A stretch of DNA of 64,000 nt from Candidatus Saccharimonadales bacterium (GTDB lineage: Bacteria > Patescibacteriota > Saccharimonadia > QS-5-54-17): positions 37,330 to 101,329 of the forward strand of contig JBBDOS010000004.1 of the NCBI GenBank assembly GCA_040876925.1, given 5' to 3'. The notes beneath the pieces are model-generated. The model worked only from the letters and a program-made list of their open reading frames with translations, did no database searches and was not told where the DNA came from. Of this stretch, positions 47,530-56,419 are shown piece after piece (within the stretch, counting starts at the first letter, position 1; each line of letters begins with the position of its first letter). The translations under genes were made by a program, and so were the position numbers.

Positions 47530-48645
47530 ATGCAGCCAGTACTTAGCGTATCCGAACTAGTTGAAGTTATTAATAACACCCTAGAGGCGACGTTGCCTCA
47601 GGTGGTTGTAGAAGGGGAGGTGGCTGGGTATAAGGAGTGGAATTCTCGTTTGGCATTTTTTGATCTTAAAGACGAAGACTCAGTCATTAACTGTATGATC
47701 CCGCTAGGGCGTATATCTTCACCTATAGAAGATGGTATGAGAATTAAAGTCTATGCCGATCTTAAGTTAACTAAAAAAGGTCGCTTTAGTCTTAACGTGG
47801 TGCGTTTAGAACCGGTCGGTAAAGGAGCTATCAAGAAAGCTTTTGAGTTATTAAAGAGCAAGCTAGAAAAAGAAGGCTTACTAGCTGATGAGCGCAAAAG
47901 ACCTACTCCAGAGTACCCAGGTAGAGTAGGAGTGATTACTTCATTGGAATCAGCAGCTTATCAAGATTTTTTGAAAATCATTAATGCTCGTTGGGTTGGT
48001 ATGGAAGTACTTAGTTATCACGTCCAGGTTCAGGGTGATGTGGCTGAGGATCAGATTATTAAAGCTATAGATTACTTCAACCAAATGGCCAGCCCGGTTG
48101 ATATATTAGTATTAATTAGGGGTGGTGGTAGCCAAGAAGACCTCTTAGTTTTTAATAGCGAACTAGTGGCTAGGGCAGTGGCTGGTAGTCGCTCGGCGAC
48201 AGTTGTAGGTATAGGGCATGAAGTGGACATATCTTTAGCGGAGTTGGTAGCTGATATCAGGGCCGCTACTCCAACTGATGCAGCTAGATTAATTACTCCT
48301 GATAAAGATCATTTAGTAGCTAAGCTAGAGGAAATCGATAAAACTCTAGCTAAGTCTAGTCTTAATCTTATCGCTAGCCTAAAAGACCAACTTGATAACT
48401 ACCTAGAAATATTAGAGTCTAAACAACAAAGATTGCTTGGTGATTTATTGGATAAATTAGAATCTATGGCTAAGAGACTTATGAGCATGAATCCTGAAGT
48501 TATTCTGCGTCGTGGGTACGCTATATTGCGTAAGGAGGATATGATTATTCGCTCAATTGGTGAGATATCAGTAGGGGATAAGCTCATGCTACAATTGAGT
48601 GCAGGTAGCGTAGAAACAGAGGTATTAAATGTCAAAAAGCACTAA
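47530..48645 (+). CDS. xseA: exodeoxyribonuclease VII large subunit
   Basis: N-terminal OB-fold signature (VSELVEVINNTLEA...VVEGEVAG) and catalytic core. Overlaps xseB by 17 nt. Confidence 0.85.
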   Translation: MQPVLSVSELVEVINNTLEATLPQVVVEGEVAGYKEWNSRLAFFDLKDEDSVINCMIPLGRISSPIEDGMRIKVYADLKLTKKGRFSLNVVRLEPVGKGAIKKAFELLKSKLEKEGLLADERKRPTPEYPGRVGVITSLESAAYQDFLKIINARWVGMEVLSYHVQVQGDVAEDQIIKAIDYFNQMASPVDILVLIRGGGSQEDLLVFNSELVARAVAGSRSATVVGIGHEVDISLAELVADIRAATPTDAARLITPDKDHLVAKLEEIDKTLAKSSLNLIASLKDQLDNYLEILESKQQRLLGDLLDKLESMAKRLMSMNPEVILRRGYAILRKEDMIIRSIGEISVGDKLMLQLSAGSVETEVLNVKKH

Positions 48646-48838
48646 AACATTTCAGCAACAACTAGAGGAGTTAGAAGCTATCATAGAGTGGTTTGACTCT
48701 GAAGATGTCGATATAGATGAGGCAGTAACTAAGTTTGAACAAGGCACCAAACTCATAAATGACCTAAAAAAGCACTTAAGCGAGGTAGAGAATAAGGTGA
48801 CAGAAGTTAAGAATAAGAGCACTACATCAAAAGATTAA
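48629..48838 (+). CDS. xseB: exodeoxyribonuclease VII small subunit
   Basis: 69 aa with FQQQLEELEAIIEWFDSEDVDIDEAVTKFEQGTKLI, the XseB helical signature. Confidence 0.85.
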   Translation: MSKSTKTFQQQLEELEAIIEWFDSEDVDIDEAVTKFEQGTKLINDLKKHLSEVENKVTEVKNKSTTSKD

Positions 48839-48883
48839 CTACTGAGGTCAATCTTGCTAATTCGTTGCAGCTAATTTAATATA

Positions 48884-49537
48884 ATGCTTATGGCATTAGA
48901 AGAATCACACAACACTTCCGCTATTGTTATAGGAGTGCTTACTTTTACGACAGTTGCTTTCCTAGGCCTATCTATATGGGCAATATATAACTATCATCAA
49001 GAGCGAACTACCATTAATGAGCAGATAGATGAAGCGGTAGCTGAGGCTAGGGCTGATCAGACAGAGATAGAAAGAGCTCAGTTTGAAGAAGAGTTGCAGA
49101 ATCCATATAGAACCTATTCGGCTCCTAGTGTGTTTGGCGATATCAACTTAGAAGTTCCTAAGAACTGGAATATATATTCTGAAGATGATACATCTGGTAG
49201 TGTCCAAATAGACCTCTACATACACCCTGATATGGTTAGAAATAATAGTCGTGACACTAATGACCCTTATGCATTTAGGATGGAGCTTAGAGATGAACTA
49301 TACAACACCTCAATTAGAGGCTTCCAAAGAGATGTAGATAGAGGAGATTTACGTTCTAATACTGTAGAAGTTTCAGGAGTTGAAGGCTTAAGGTTTGAGG
49401 GCCAGATCACTAGAGACCAGACCGGTCATTTAGTGGCTTTACCATTTAGAGACAAAACTATCTGGATGTGGACTGAAGGGTCTAAGTATATGGATCAGTT
49501 TGACAAGATTTTAGAGCTAGCCGAGCTAGGTAGATAG
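48884..49537 (+). CDS. hypothetical membrane-anchored protein
   Basis: 217 aa with an N-terminal TM (VIGVLTFTTVAFLGLSIWAIY); no recognisable motif. Confidence 0.45.
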   Translation: MLMALEESHNTSAIVIGVLTFTTVAFLGLSIWAIYNYHQERTTINEQIDEAVAEARADQTEIERAQFEEELQNPYRTYSAPSVFGDINLEVPKNWNIYSEDDTSGSVQIDLYIHPDMVRNNSRDTNDPYAFRMELRDELYNTSIRGFQRDVDRGDLRSNTVEVSGVEGLRFEGQITRDQTGHLVALPFRDKTIWMWTEGSKYMDQFDKILELAELGR

Positions 49538-49657
49538 CAACTGTATTAACCCTCCAAAATATACTAGAGAGTCTCAAAGAGAAAGAGGGTGTAATGTCAC
49601 CATCCTTAATAGCTTAAGCTTTGGCTTTGTCTGCTTAGGCTATAGAATATATATAGG

Positions 49658-50395
49658 ATGGTGAAACAAAAGATTAAGCAAGTAATAAAGCAGCATAAAG
49701 ACGATAATGACTTAGAACTCATTGCAGCTACTGTCCATGAATTAAAAAGCCCTTTAACTCTGATACATGGTATGAGTTCGATGTTGGAAACTGAAAGCTA
49801 TGGTGAGCTCAATATTAAACAAAAAGAGCAAGTACGTCATATATCCAAAGCCTCTAAGAGGCTAGGTTTTTTGATAGAAAGCTTAATTCATATAGAAAAG
49901 CTACCTAGCTCACAGCGACTGCAGCCAGTGCAGCTGCAAAGTGAATTGCAATCAGTTATAGAGACTCACGAGGATAAGATAGGTGAGAAAGATTTAACTA
50001 TTAAATACACCCCCAAGAAGCTGCCTCCAGTGCTAGCTGATCCCAGCAGTGTCTACCAGCTTTTAATGCACATTGTTAGTTCATCAATTAAATATGCTCC
50101 AGTAGGTAGTAGTATAGATATATCAACAAAACTTACCGGTGAATTTGTAGCTATGCGGGTGAAAGATAGCGGAGGAGCAATCCTACCCAAAGAGGCCAGT
50201 AGTATCAGATCAAGGTTCGGCAAACATAGACAGCCGATTAGGTCCAGATCTGACTCGTCGGGCCTTAGTCTATACATTATTCAATCAATTGTAGAATTTT
50301 ATGGAGGGCTTTTAAGTGTATCTAGCTTATCCGGTGGCTCTTCAATAACCGTTAAATTACCTATTAGCAACCAATTAGACCTATTTGAAGAATAG
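49658..50395 (+). CDS. cytoplasmic histidine kinase (HisKA + HATPase_c, no sensor/TM domain)
   Basis: H-box ATVHELKSPLTLIHGMSSMLE, N/G boxes in the C-terminal half (GGLLSVSSLSGGSSITVKLP). Confidence 0.8.
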   Translation: MVKQKIKQVIKQHKDDNDLELIAATVHELKSPLTLIHGMSSMLETESYGELNIKQKEQVRHISKASKRLGFLIESLIHIEKLPSSQRLQPVQLQSELQSVIETHEDKIGEKDLTIKYTPKKLPPVLADPSSVYQLLMHIVSSSIKYAPVGSSIDISTKLTGEFVAMRVKDSGGAILPKEASSIRSRFGKHRQPIRSRSDSSGLSLYIIQSIVEFYGGLLSVSSLSGGSSITVKLPISNQLDLFEE

Positions 50396-50436
50396 ATGCT
50401 ATATTTAGTTAAGAAATAAGGAGAATCAAAAGCAAC

Positions 50437-50805
50437 ATGAGAATATTATTTGTAGAAGATGATGTAGAGATAGGTACTATGTATGCTACTCAGTTAGTTA
50501 TGGAAGAGAACGATGTCGTGCATGCTCGCAGTGCTCAGGAAGCCCTGGATATTCTAGATGAGTATGAGTTTGATCTAATAGTCTTAGATATACTGCTTCC
50601 TGGCAGTAACGGTATAGCGGTCTTACAAGAGCTTAGGAGTTACCGCGACTGGAGGCAGATACCGGTTATAGTCTTAAGTAACGTTAACCCCGAAGACTTA
50701 GAGGTGAGTGAGCAGCACTTGAAAGATTTAGGTATTAGAGAGTATTTAGTTAAGATGGATACTACGCCGCAGAATCTAGCCGCCGCAGTAGCTGCCTTTG
50801 CTTAA
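50437..50805 (+). CDS. single-domain response regulator (receiver only)
   Basis: MRILFVEDD...DLIVLDILLP... receiver motifs; 122 aa with no output domain. Adjacent to the kinase. Confidence 0.8.
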   Translation: MRILFVEDDVEIGTMYATQLVMEENDVVHARSAQEALDILDEYEFDLIVLDILLPGSNGIAVLQELRSYRDWRQIPVIVLSNVNPEDLEVSEQHLKDLGIREYLVKMDTTPQNLAAAVAAFA

Positions 50806-50843
50806 ATAGTGGCTTAAAGAGAAGAAAGAAGATATATCAAGCA

Positions 50844-51536
50844 ATGAGCTCAAGCTATAAAACTAATGGTATTATCCTAAGTAGACGCGATTACTTAGAA
50901 GCTGATCGAATCTATACCATTATCACTCCTGGGCAGAAAGTGTCTGCAATTGCTAAAGGCATTAGAAAAAGTAACGCCAAATTAGCTTCTCATTTAGATC
51001 TATTTGCTGAAATAGAGTTGATGTTTGTCAGGGGTAAAAGCCTAGATATTATAACTTCTGCTAGAACCATTACTCATGTAGATATATCTGATGATTACGA
51101 TAAGTTACAGGTGGGATTTTTGTTTTTAGAGATGGTCAATAAGCTAACTGATACTGAAGATATTGGCGGAGTCTATGACTTATTAGCCTCCCATATTCAA
51201 TTGTTAGAAGAACTGCCTTTATCGGTATGTGAACTAGGCTTTAAGCTCAAGCTACTAGCTGAGCTTGGGCATAAACCAGATATGATGACTCCCGAGGGTA
51301 TTTTAGGAGGTAATTTAGGGTTAGATATCGAGCATGGTAAGTTAGTTGATGTTAATTCACCTCTGGCTAATAGGCTAGACTCTGATCATATAAAGTTGTG
51401 GCGTTTATTACTAGATAAGCCAACTAGGCAAGTTGCTAGGGTCGGTGGAGCTATCACAGCAGCTGAAAAAAGCATGGCAGTTTGTGATCAGTTCATCAAA
51501 CAACAATTCGGAGTGAATTTTAGGGCCAAGAATTAG
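50844..51536 (+). CDS. recO: DNA repair protein RecO
   Basis: N-terminal OB-fold signature (GIILSRRDYLEADRIYTIIT...GKSLDIITSAR) and C-terminal helical domain. Confidence 0.8.
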   Translation: MSSSYKTNGIILSRRDYLEADRIYTIITPGQKVSAIAKGIRKSNAKLASHLDLFAEIELMFVRGKSLDIITSARTITHVDISDDYDKLQVGFLFLEMVNKLTDTEDIGGVYDLLASHIQLLEELPLSVCELGFKLKLLAELGHKPDMMTPEGILGGNLGLDIEHGKLVDVNSPLANRLDSDHIKLWRLLLDKPTRQVARVGGAITAAEKSMAVCDQFIKQQFGVNFRAKN

Positions 51537-51565
51537 AACGCATGAATCTGTTATACTAACTATTA

Positions 51566-52942
51566 ATGACCAAGAAGAAAACTGATGCTAGTTTAGAAAC
51601 CTTAACGTCTTTAGCTAAAAGACGCGGCTTTATATATCAAGGTAGTGATATATATGGTGGTTTAGCCGGTACCTGGGATTATGGGCCATTGGGTGTACAA
51701 CTCAAGCGTAATATGGCTAATTTATGGTGGCAGATGTTTGTTGAGAGTAGGGAAGATGTTTACGGTCTAGATTCGGCAGTATTAATGAGTCAGAAGGTTT
51801 GGGAAGCTAGTGGTCATACTGGAGCGGGGTTTGCTGATTTATTAGTTGAAGACGTAGTTACTAAACAGCGCTACAGAGCTGATCATTTACTAGAGGATAA
51901 CGGCATAGAAGACGCCGAATCTATGAGCCTAGAAGAGGTCAATAAGGCGATAAAAGATCAGGGGATTAAGAGCCCCGATGGTAATGACTTAAGTGAAGCT
52001 AGACAGTTTAATCTGATGTTTGAGACATCAATAGGTGCTACTTCTGATGACGTGAATAAGATCTACTTGCGTCCCGAGACTGCCCAGGGTATGTTTGTGA
52101 ATTTCAAGAATGTTGTTGATAGTATTTATCCGGACTTGCCATTTGGTCTAGCTCAAATTGGCAAGGCTTTTCGTAATGAAATTAGCCCCCGGGAGTTTAT
52201 ATTTAGAACCCGCGAATTTGAAATTATGGAGCTGGAATACTTTATATTGGAGAAGGACTGGGAGAAATATTTCGAAAACTGGCGCCTGGATTTCTATAAC
52301 TGGTGTGAGGCTATAGGCCTAGATAAGCAGCGTATTCATGAAGTTGAAGTGCCAGAAGCTGATAGAGCTCACTACTCAAAGCGGACTATAGATTTTGAAT
52401 ATGAGTTTGATTTTGGAGTTAAAGAGATAGCAGCTGTAGCTTATAGAACTGACTTTGATTTAAGTAATCATATGAGTCAATCAGGAGCTAACCTGCACTA
52501 CCCGATTAAGGGAACTAATGAAAAGGTTACACCGCACGTGATTGAGCCTACCTGGGGACTTGATCGTAACTTGCTAGCTGTACTAGCTGCTAGTTACTGT
52601 GAGGATGAGCAGGGTGGAGACAAGCGCTCTTTTCTTAAATTACCTAGCAATCTAGCTCCTATTAAAGTAGCTGTATTCCCATTACTCAAGAACAAGTCGG
52701 AACTAGTTGACAAAGCCAAACAAGTACATGAGCTGCTCCATAATCACTTTGGCTCAGTAGTTATAGATGATAACGGTAATATCGGTAAGCGGTATCGTCG
52801 CCAGGATGAGATAGGCACACCTTATTGTGTAACTATTGATTTCGACACCCTAGAGGATGGCACAGTTACTCTAAGGGATAGAGATAGTACAGAGCAGGTG
52901 CGAGTAAATGTCGATAAATTAATAGAAAAAATTGATATCTAG
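51566..52942 (+). CDS. glyQS: glycyl-tRNA synthetase (homodimeric alpha2 type)
   Basis: LAKRRGFIYQGSDIYGGLAGTWDYGPLG N-terminus is diagnostic for alpha2 GlyRS; class II motifs; C-terminal anticodon-binding domain. Confidence 0.9.
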   Translation: MTKKKTDASLETLTSLAKRRGFIYQGSDIYGGLAGTWDYGPLGVQLKRNMANLWWQMFVESREDVYGLDSAVLMSQKVWEASGHTGAGFADLLVEDVVTKQRYRADHLLEDNGIEDAESMSLEEVNKAIKDQGIKSPDGNDLSEARQFNLMFETSIGATSDDVNKIYLRPETAQGMFVNFKNVVDSIYPDLPFGLAQIGKAFRNEISPREFIFRTREFEIMELEYFILEKDWEKYFENWRLDFYNWCEAIGLDKQRIHEVEVPEADRAHYSKRTIDFEYEFDFGVKEIAAVAYRTDFDLSNHMSQSGANLHYPIKGTNEKVTPHVIEPTWGLDRNLLAVLAASYCEDEQGGDKRSFLKLPSNLAPIKVAVFPLLKNKSELVDKAKQVHELLHNHFGSVVIDDNGNIGKRYRRQDEIGTPYCVTIDFDTLEDGTVTLRDRDSTEQVRVNVDKLIEKIDI

Positions 52943-52963
52943 ATTTTAAAAGAGAGGATAAAT

Positions 52964-53545
52964 ATGCCCAAACTAAACCAACAAAACCAACAAAATAATC
53001 AAAAAACACCAGCTAATAACTATGCCTTCATAGATGGTCAAAATCTTAATATGGGAGTGCAATCTCTAGGCTGGAAACTAGACTACAAGAAGTTTCGAGA
53101 CTACTTGCAAAACAAGCTTGGCGTCTCAAGAGCCTATATGTTTATAGGGTTCTTAGAGGAGCAGCAAGCTCTATACAATGCTTTGCAAGAAGCAGGCTTT
53201 ATCCTGGTATTTAAACCATTAATTCGCCACGGAGGCGATAGTGAGATCAAGGGCAATGTCGATGCCGAGTTAGTATTGCAAACCATGATAGATATAGACA
53301 GATATGATCAGGCGGTAATCGTTACTGGAGACGGTGATTTCGCTGGGCTGATTAGGCATTTAATGAGCATTAATAAGCTTAGTCAGATTATTATCCCCAA
53401 TAAAGACAAATACTCTTCACTGTTTGATAGATTAGAAGAGTTTGATAATAAACACGCTACCTATATGAGTGATATACGCAAATCAGTAGAGTATCCAAGT
53501 AGGAGAAGAAACTACAAAAAATCTCAAAAATCTTCTAGCAATTGA
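52964..53545 (+). CDS. NYN-domain (LabA-like, PIN-related) protein with basic C-terminal tail
   Basis: AFIDGQNL, DAEL and VTGDGDF acidic boxes typical of NYN/LabA nucleases. Confidence 0.7.
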   Translation: MPKLNQQNQQNNQKTPANNYAFIDGQNLNMGVQSLGWKLDYKKFRDYLQNKLGVSRAYMFIGFLEEQQALYNALQEAGFILVFKPLIRHGGDSEIKGNVDAELVLQTMIDIDRYDQAVIVTGDGDFAGLIRHLMSINKLSQIIIPNKDKYSSLFDRLEEFDNKHATYMSDIRKSVEYPSRRRNYKKSQKSSSN

Positions 53546-53577
53546 TATACTAAAAAAGCCTAAGGAGAAAAAATATT

Positions 53578-54054
53578 ATGACAGACACTCAAAAACTATA
53601 TAGGATTCCTGAAGAGGGCGTTATAGCTGGTGTTTGTGCGGGTCTAGCTGATTATTTTGATATAGATGTTACTCTCATCAGAGTAATCTTTGTGGTGCTG
53701 ACTTTCGCTGGTGCCGGTTTCGGAGTCTTACTCTATATATTACTAGCCATACTAACACCAACTAAAGGGTCAAAGGGTGCAGCCGAATTCGCAAGTAGTG
53801 AGGATTTTCAAGATGGCAAGGATTCCTTACGTGAGACAGGTGAGAACCTGCAAAAAACAGCAGCCGATATTAAGGAAAATCTATCTGGTAGCAAAATTAA
53901 ACTACGCAACTACCTAGGTATTGGGTTAGTGCTATTTGGTATATGGTTACTATTAGAACAGTTCATGCCAGATCTATTTATTGTCGACTGGAATTATGTC
54001 TGGCCAGTGTTTTTAGTATTGCTAGGACTAATGATACTATCGAAGCGTAAGTAA
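53578..54054 (+). CDS. PspC-domain membrane protein
   Basis: LYRIPEEGVIAGVCAGLADYFDIDVTLIRVIFVV is the PspC domain signature, followed by TM helices. Confidence 0.8.
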   Translation: MTDTQKLYRIPEEGVIAGVCAGLADYFDIDVTLIRVIFVVLTFAGAGFGVLLYILLAILTPTKGSKGAAEFASSEDFQDGKDSLRETGENLQKTAADIKENLSGSKIKLRNYLGIGLVLFGIWLLLEQFMPDLFIVDWNYVWPVFLVLLGLMILSKRK

Positions 54055-54103
54055 CTTAGGAATAAGAGTAAGTAAACAGAAGGAAAGTAGAGTAGGTAAA
54101 TAT

Positions 54104-55057
54104 ATGGATGAACAAAATCAAAATCAGAAACCACAAGCAAGCTTTATGGCTAAAGTAGCTGGTTTCATACTAAATATAAGAGTAGGTAAGTTGTTTTGGG
54201 GTGGATTGCTGCTAATCATTGGATTATTAGCCTTGCTCAATAATTTCGGTATAGTAGAGGCTCGTTTCGGTAACTTATGGCGTTTATGGCCGCTAATTAT
54301 AGTGGCAGTAGGATTATCGGTACTATCTCTGAAAGGATTAGTTAGTCGGCTAATTACAATCCTATTCGTACTAGCCGCGTTAGCTGGCGTACTGATTATG
54401 AGTATTAGTGATGCCCAGACTAGAGAAGATAAGTTGACTTATGCATCAGTTGAAGTATTTGAGGACGTTACAAACGCTACAGTGTCTTTTAGCGGTGGGG
54501 CTGGCCCGATAAATATTACTAGCCAGCCCCAAGGCAATTTGGTAGAAGCTAGCTTAGATAGTAATTTTGCTGAGCTAGAATATGCTGCTTCTCGAGACAA
54601 CACAATTCAATTAGTAGATCTTAAAGCTAGAGGATCTGAGCGTTGGTGGCTAGGGGACTTTAGTAGTGAGTTTGATATGCGCCTACTAGAAGGTATGCCG
54701 ATTAACTTAACCCTAGATGTCGGGGCTACTAATATATCAGCAGATTTTAGTGAACTAGTATTGGAGGATCTAAGGATTAACGCCGGGGCTAGTTCTTTGG
54801 ATTTACGGTTTAGTGATATTGTAGACCTACTTAATGTCAGTCTAAATGTCGGCGCTAGCTCTATGGATATTTATGTACCAGAGGAGGCGGGTCTAAGGGT
54901 ATCTATTTCTAGTAGTTTAAGCGAGTTTAAATTACCAGATAGTTTAGTAGAGGTAAGCGATGGGGTATATGAGAGCCGTGGATATACTAATGCAGTAAAA
55001 AAGATTAATATTTCTGGCAGTACAGGGGTTTCGAGTCTAAATATTGAGTATTATTAA
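54104..55057 (+). CDS. LiaF-like membrane protein with C-terminal 'toastrack' (DUF4097/DUF2154-like) beta-repeat domain
   Basis: N-terminal TM helices, then repetitive beta-strand modules (LTLDVGATNISADF..., LDLRFSDIV..., LNVSLNVGASSMDIYVP...). Partnering with PspC is the classic context. Confidence 0.6.
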   Translation: MDEQNQNQKPQASFMAKVAGFILNIRVGKLFWGGLLLIIGLLALLNNFGIVEARFGNLWRLWPLIIVAVGLSVLSLKGLVSRLITILFVLAALAGVLIMSISDAQTREDKLTYASVEVFEDVTNATVSFSGGAGPINITSQPQGNLVEASLDSNFAELEYAASRDNTIQLVDLKARGSERWWLGDFSSEFDMRLLEGMPINLTLDVGATNISADFSELVLEDLRINAGASSLDLRFSDIVDLLNVSLNVGASSMDIYVPEEAGLRVSISSSLSEFKLPDSLVEVSDGVYESRGYTNAVKKINISGSTGVSSLNIEYY

Positions 55058-55149
55058 CCCATGCAATCAGGCTCTACATAATATATGATTTGCAATTTAA
55101 TAGCCCTTGTTGCTAATATAAACGTAAGTTAAAAATTTAAGGATAAACA

Positions 55150-55425
55150 ATGTCAGTTATAAAAGTAGTCGGTCTACAACACCCAAATGCTAGTGAACCA
55201 CAGATTACTATGGGTGCTGATGGCAGTGTTAATATTGAGGGTTTAGATAGTGTAGGTGGTGTTCATGCTACCTTTACTGACTGGTCAAAATATTATGATG
55301 ATAACAAACCAGCAATTGATTTTGGCACCCTAAGTCAAAACGTAGATTTTTCTAGTGAATACTTTCCTGCCAACAAGATAGATTTCGCCATAGGAACTGC
55401 TCAAACAGACTTCGGCGTATTTTAG
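55150..55425 (+). CDS. hypothetical small protein (91 aa)
   Basis: ORF with upstream AAGGAT RBS; no recognisable motif. Confidence 0.4.
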   Translation: MSVIKVVGLQHPNASEPQITMGADGSVNIEGLDSVGGVHATFTDWSKYYDDNKPAIDFGTLSQNVDFSSEYFPANKIDFAIGTAQTDFGVF

Positions 55426-55624
55426 AGACTTAAAAGTTCTCTTCTCAAATAGTTTTTAGTAGTTCTTAAGAAAATATTTAGCATCTTTGTGTTAATTAGT
55501 TGCTTTAGTGCGCGTAGTTTTTAATACGCAAGAATCCACATATAGCGTGAGTGATATATAAGCCTACTCCATATAATCAATACTTGCTCGTGTTCGGTAA
55601 AAATTCGCCTACATCTGTGTAGAC

Positions 55625-55672
55625 GTGGGTAATATATAGATGTATATTGAGTTTAGTGGGTAGCAGTGGGTA
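55625..55672 (+). promoter_or_regulatory. three direct GTGGGTA repeats (MraZ-box-like) in the dcw promoter region
   Basis: GTGGGTA at 55625, 55656 and 55666. Spacings of 31 nt and 10 nt keep all three on the same helical face; the 3'-most repeat is 36 nt upstream of the mraZ ATG. Confidence 0.6.
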
Positions 55673-55708
55673 AACCCCATAATAGCAACTCAAGGGAAAT
55701 TAAAATCT

Positions 55709-56071
55709 ATGACACGACTCGATTACTTCCAACGCAAGCTCGATGAGAAGAACCGGTTAACCATACCGGCTGAAGCTCGTAGTGAGTTTGAAGATGGGGA
55801 AGTGGTCATAACCCGAGGCTTTGGTAAGTACCTGCACCTTTATAGTAAAAGTGTATGGGAGGACTCCATGGAATCAGCCTTAGCAGGTGACATATTAGAT
55901 GAGCGTATAGCTGATTTAAATGTAAAATTCCGCACCGGGAAACAAAACACCAAGCTAGATTCTAAGCAAGGTCGCATAACTATCGACCAGGAGCTTCTAG
56001 ATTATGCAGGTATGGATAAGACCATAGTTGCGGTAAGAGTCGGTAAATACTGGAGATTAACGAGACCCTAA
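55709..56071 (+). CDS. mraZ: division/cell-wall cluster transcriptional regulator MraZ (short form)
   Basis: Two DxxxR boxes (DEKNRLTIP and DSKQGRITI). Position at the head of the dcw cluster. Confidence 0.8.
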   Translation: MTRLDYFQRKLDEKNRLTIPAEARSEFEDGEVVITRGFGKYLHLYSKSVWEDSMESALAGDILDERIADLNVKFRTGKQNTKLDSKQGRITIDQELLDYAGMDKTIVAVRVGKYWRLTRP

Positions 56072-56419
56072 ATAAATACCTTAATTTCACCAAATCGTAT
56101 TAGTAATCAAACTTTGATTGGTACCTTTAAAAACAAAAACAAAAACAAGCACGAGATCATCTATGTGGCAGTCAGCGGGTGATTTTAGGGTTATTATCAC
56201 CCTTATCAATAAACCCTCGCACTTCAAATCTCCAAAAACAACAACTCCACCTCACACGTCTCTCTTTTTGAAGGAATTATTCTAATTCCTTACTATTACG
56301 ACCCTCCCCTAATTTTTTAGGAGACGGGGCTTAGTTCTTTAGCATTTCTTGCTAAAAAACATCTAAAACAAAAACAACGAGAAAAACAAAAAGCTGGCTG
56401 CTACTTAGGTGATCTTGAT

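Noticed and set aside
56163-56285. A 41-aa ORF (MWQSAGDFRVIITLINKPSHFKSPKTTTPPHTSLFLKELF) inside the mraZ-rsmH spacer.
   Set aside because: It has no Shine-Dalgarno or start context. Every other gene here has a clear AGGAG-type RBS, so the ORF is more likely non-coding.
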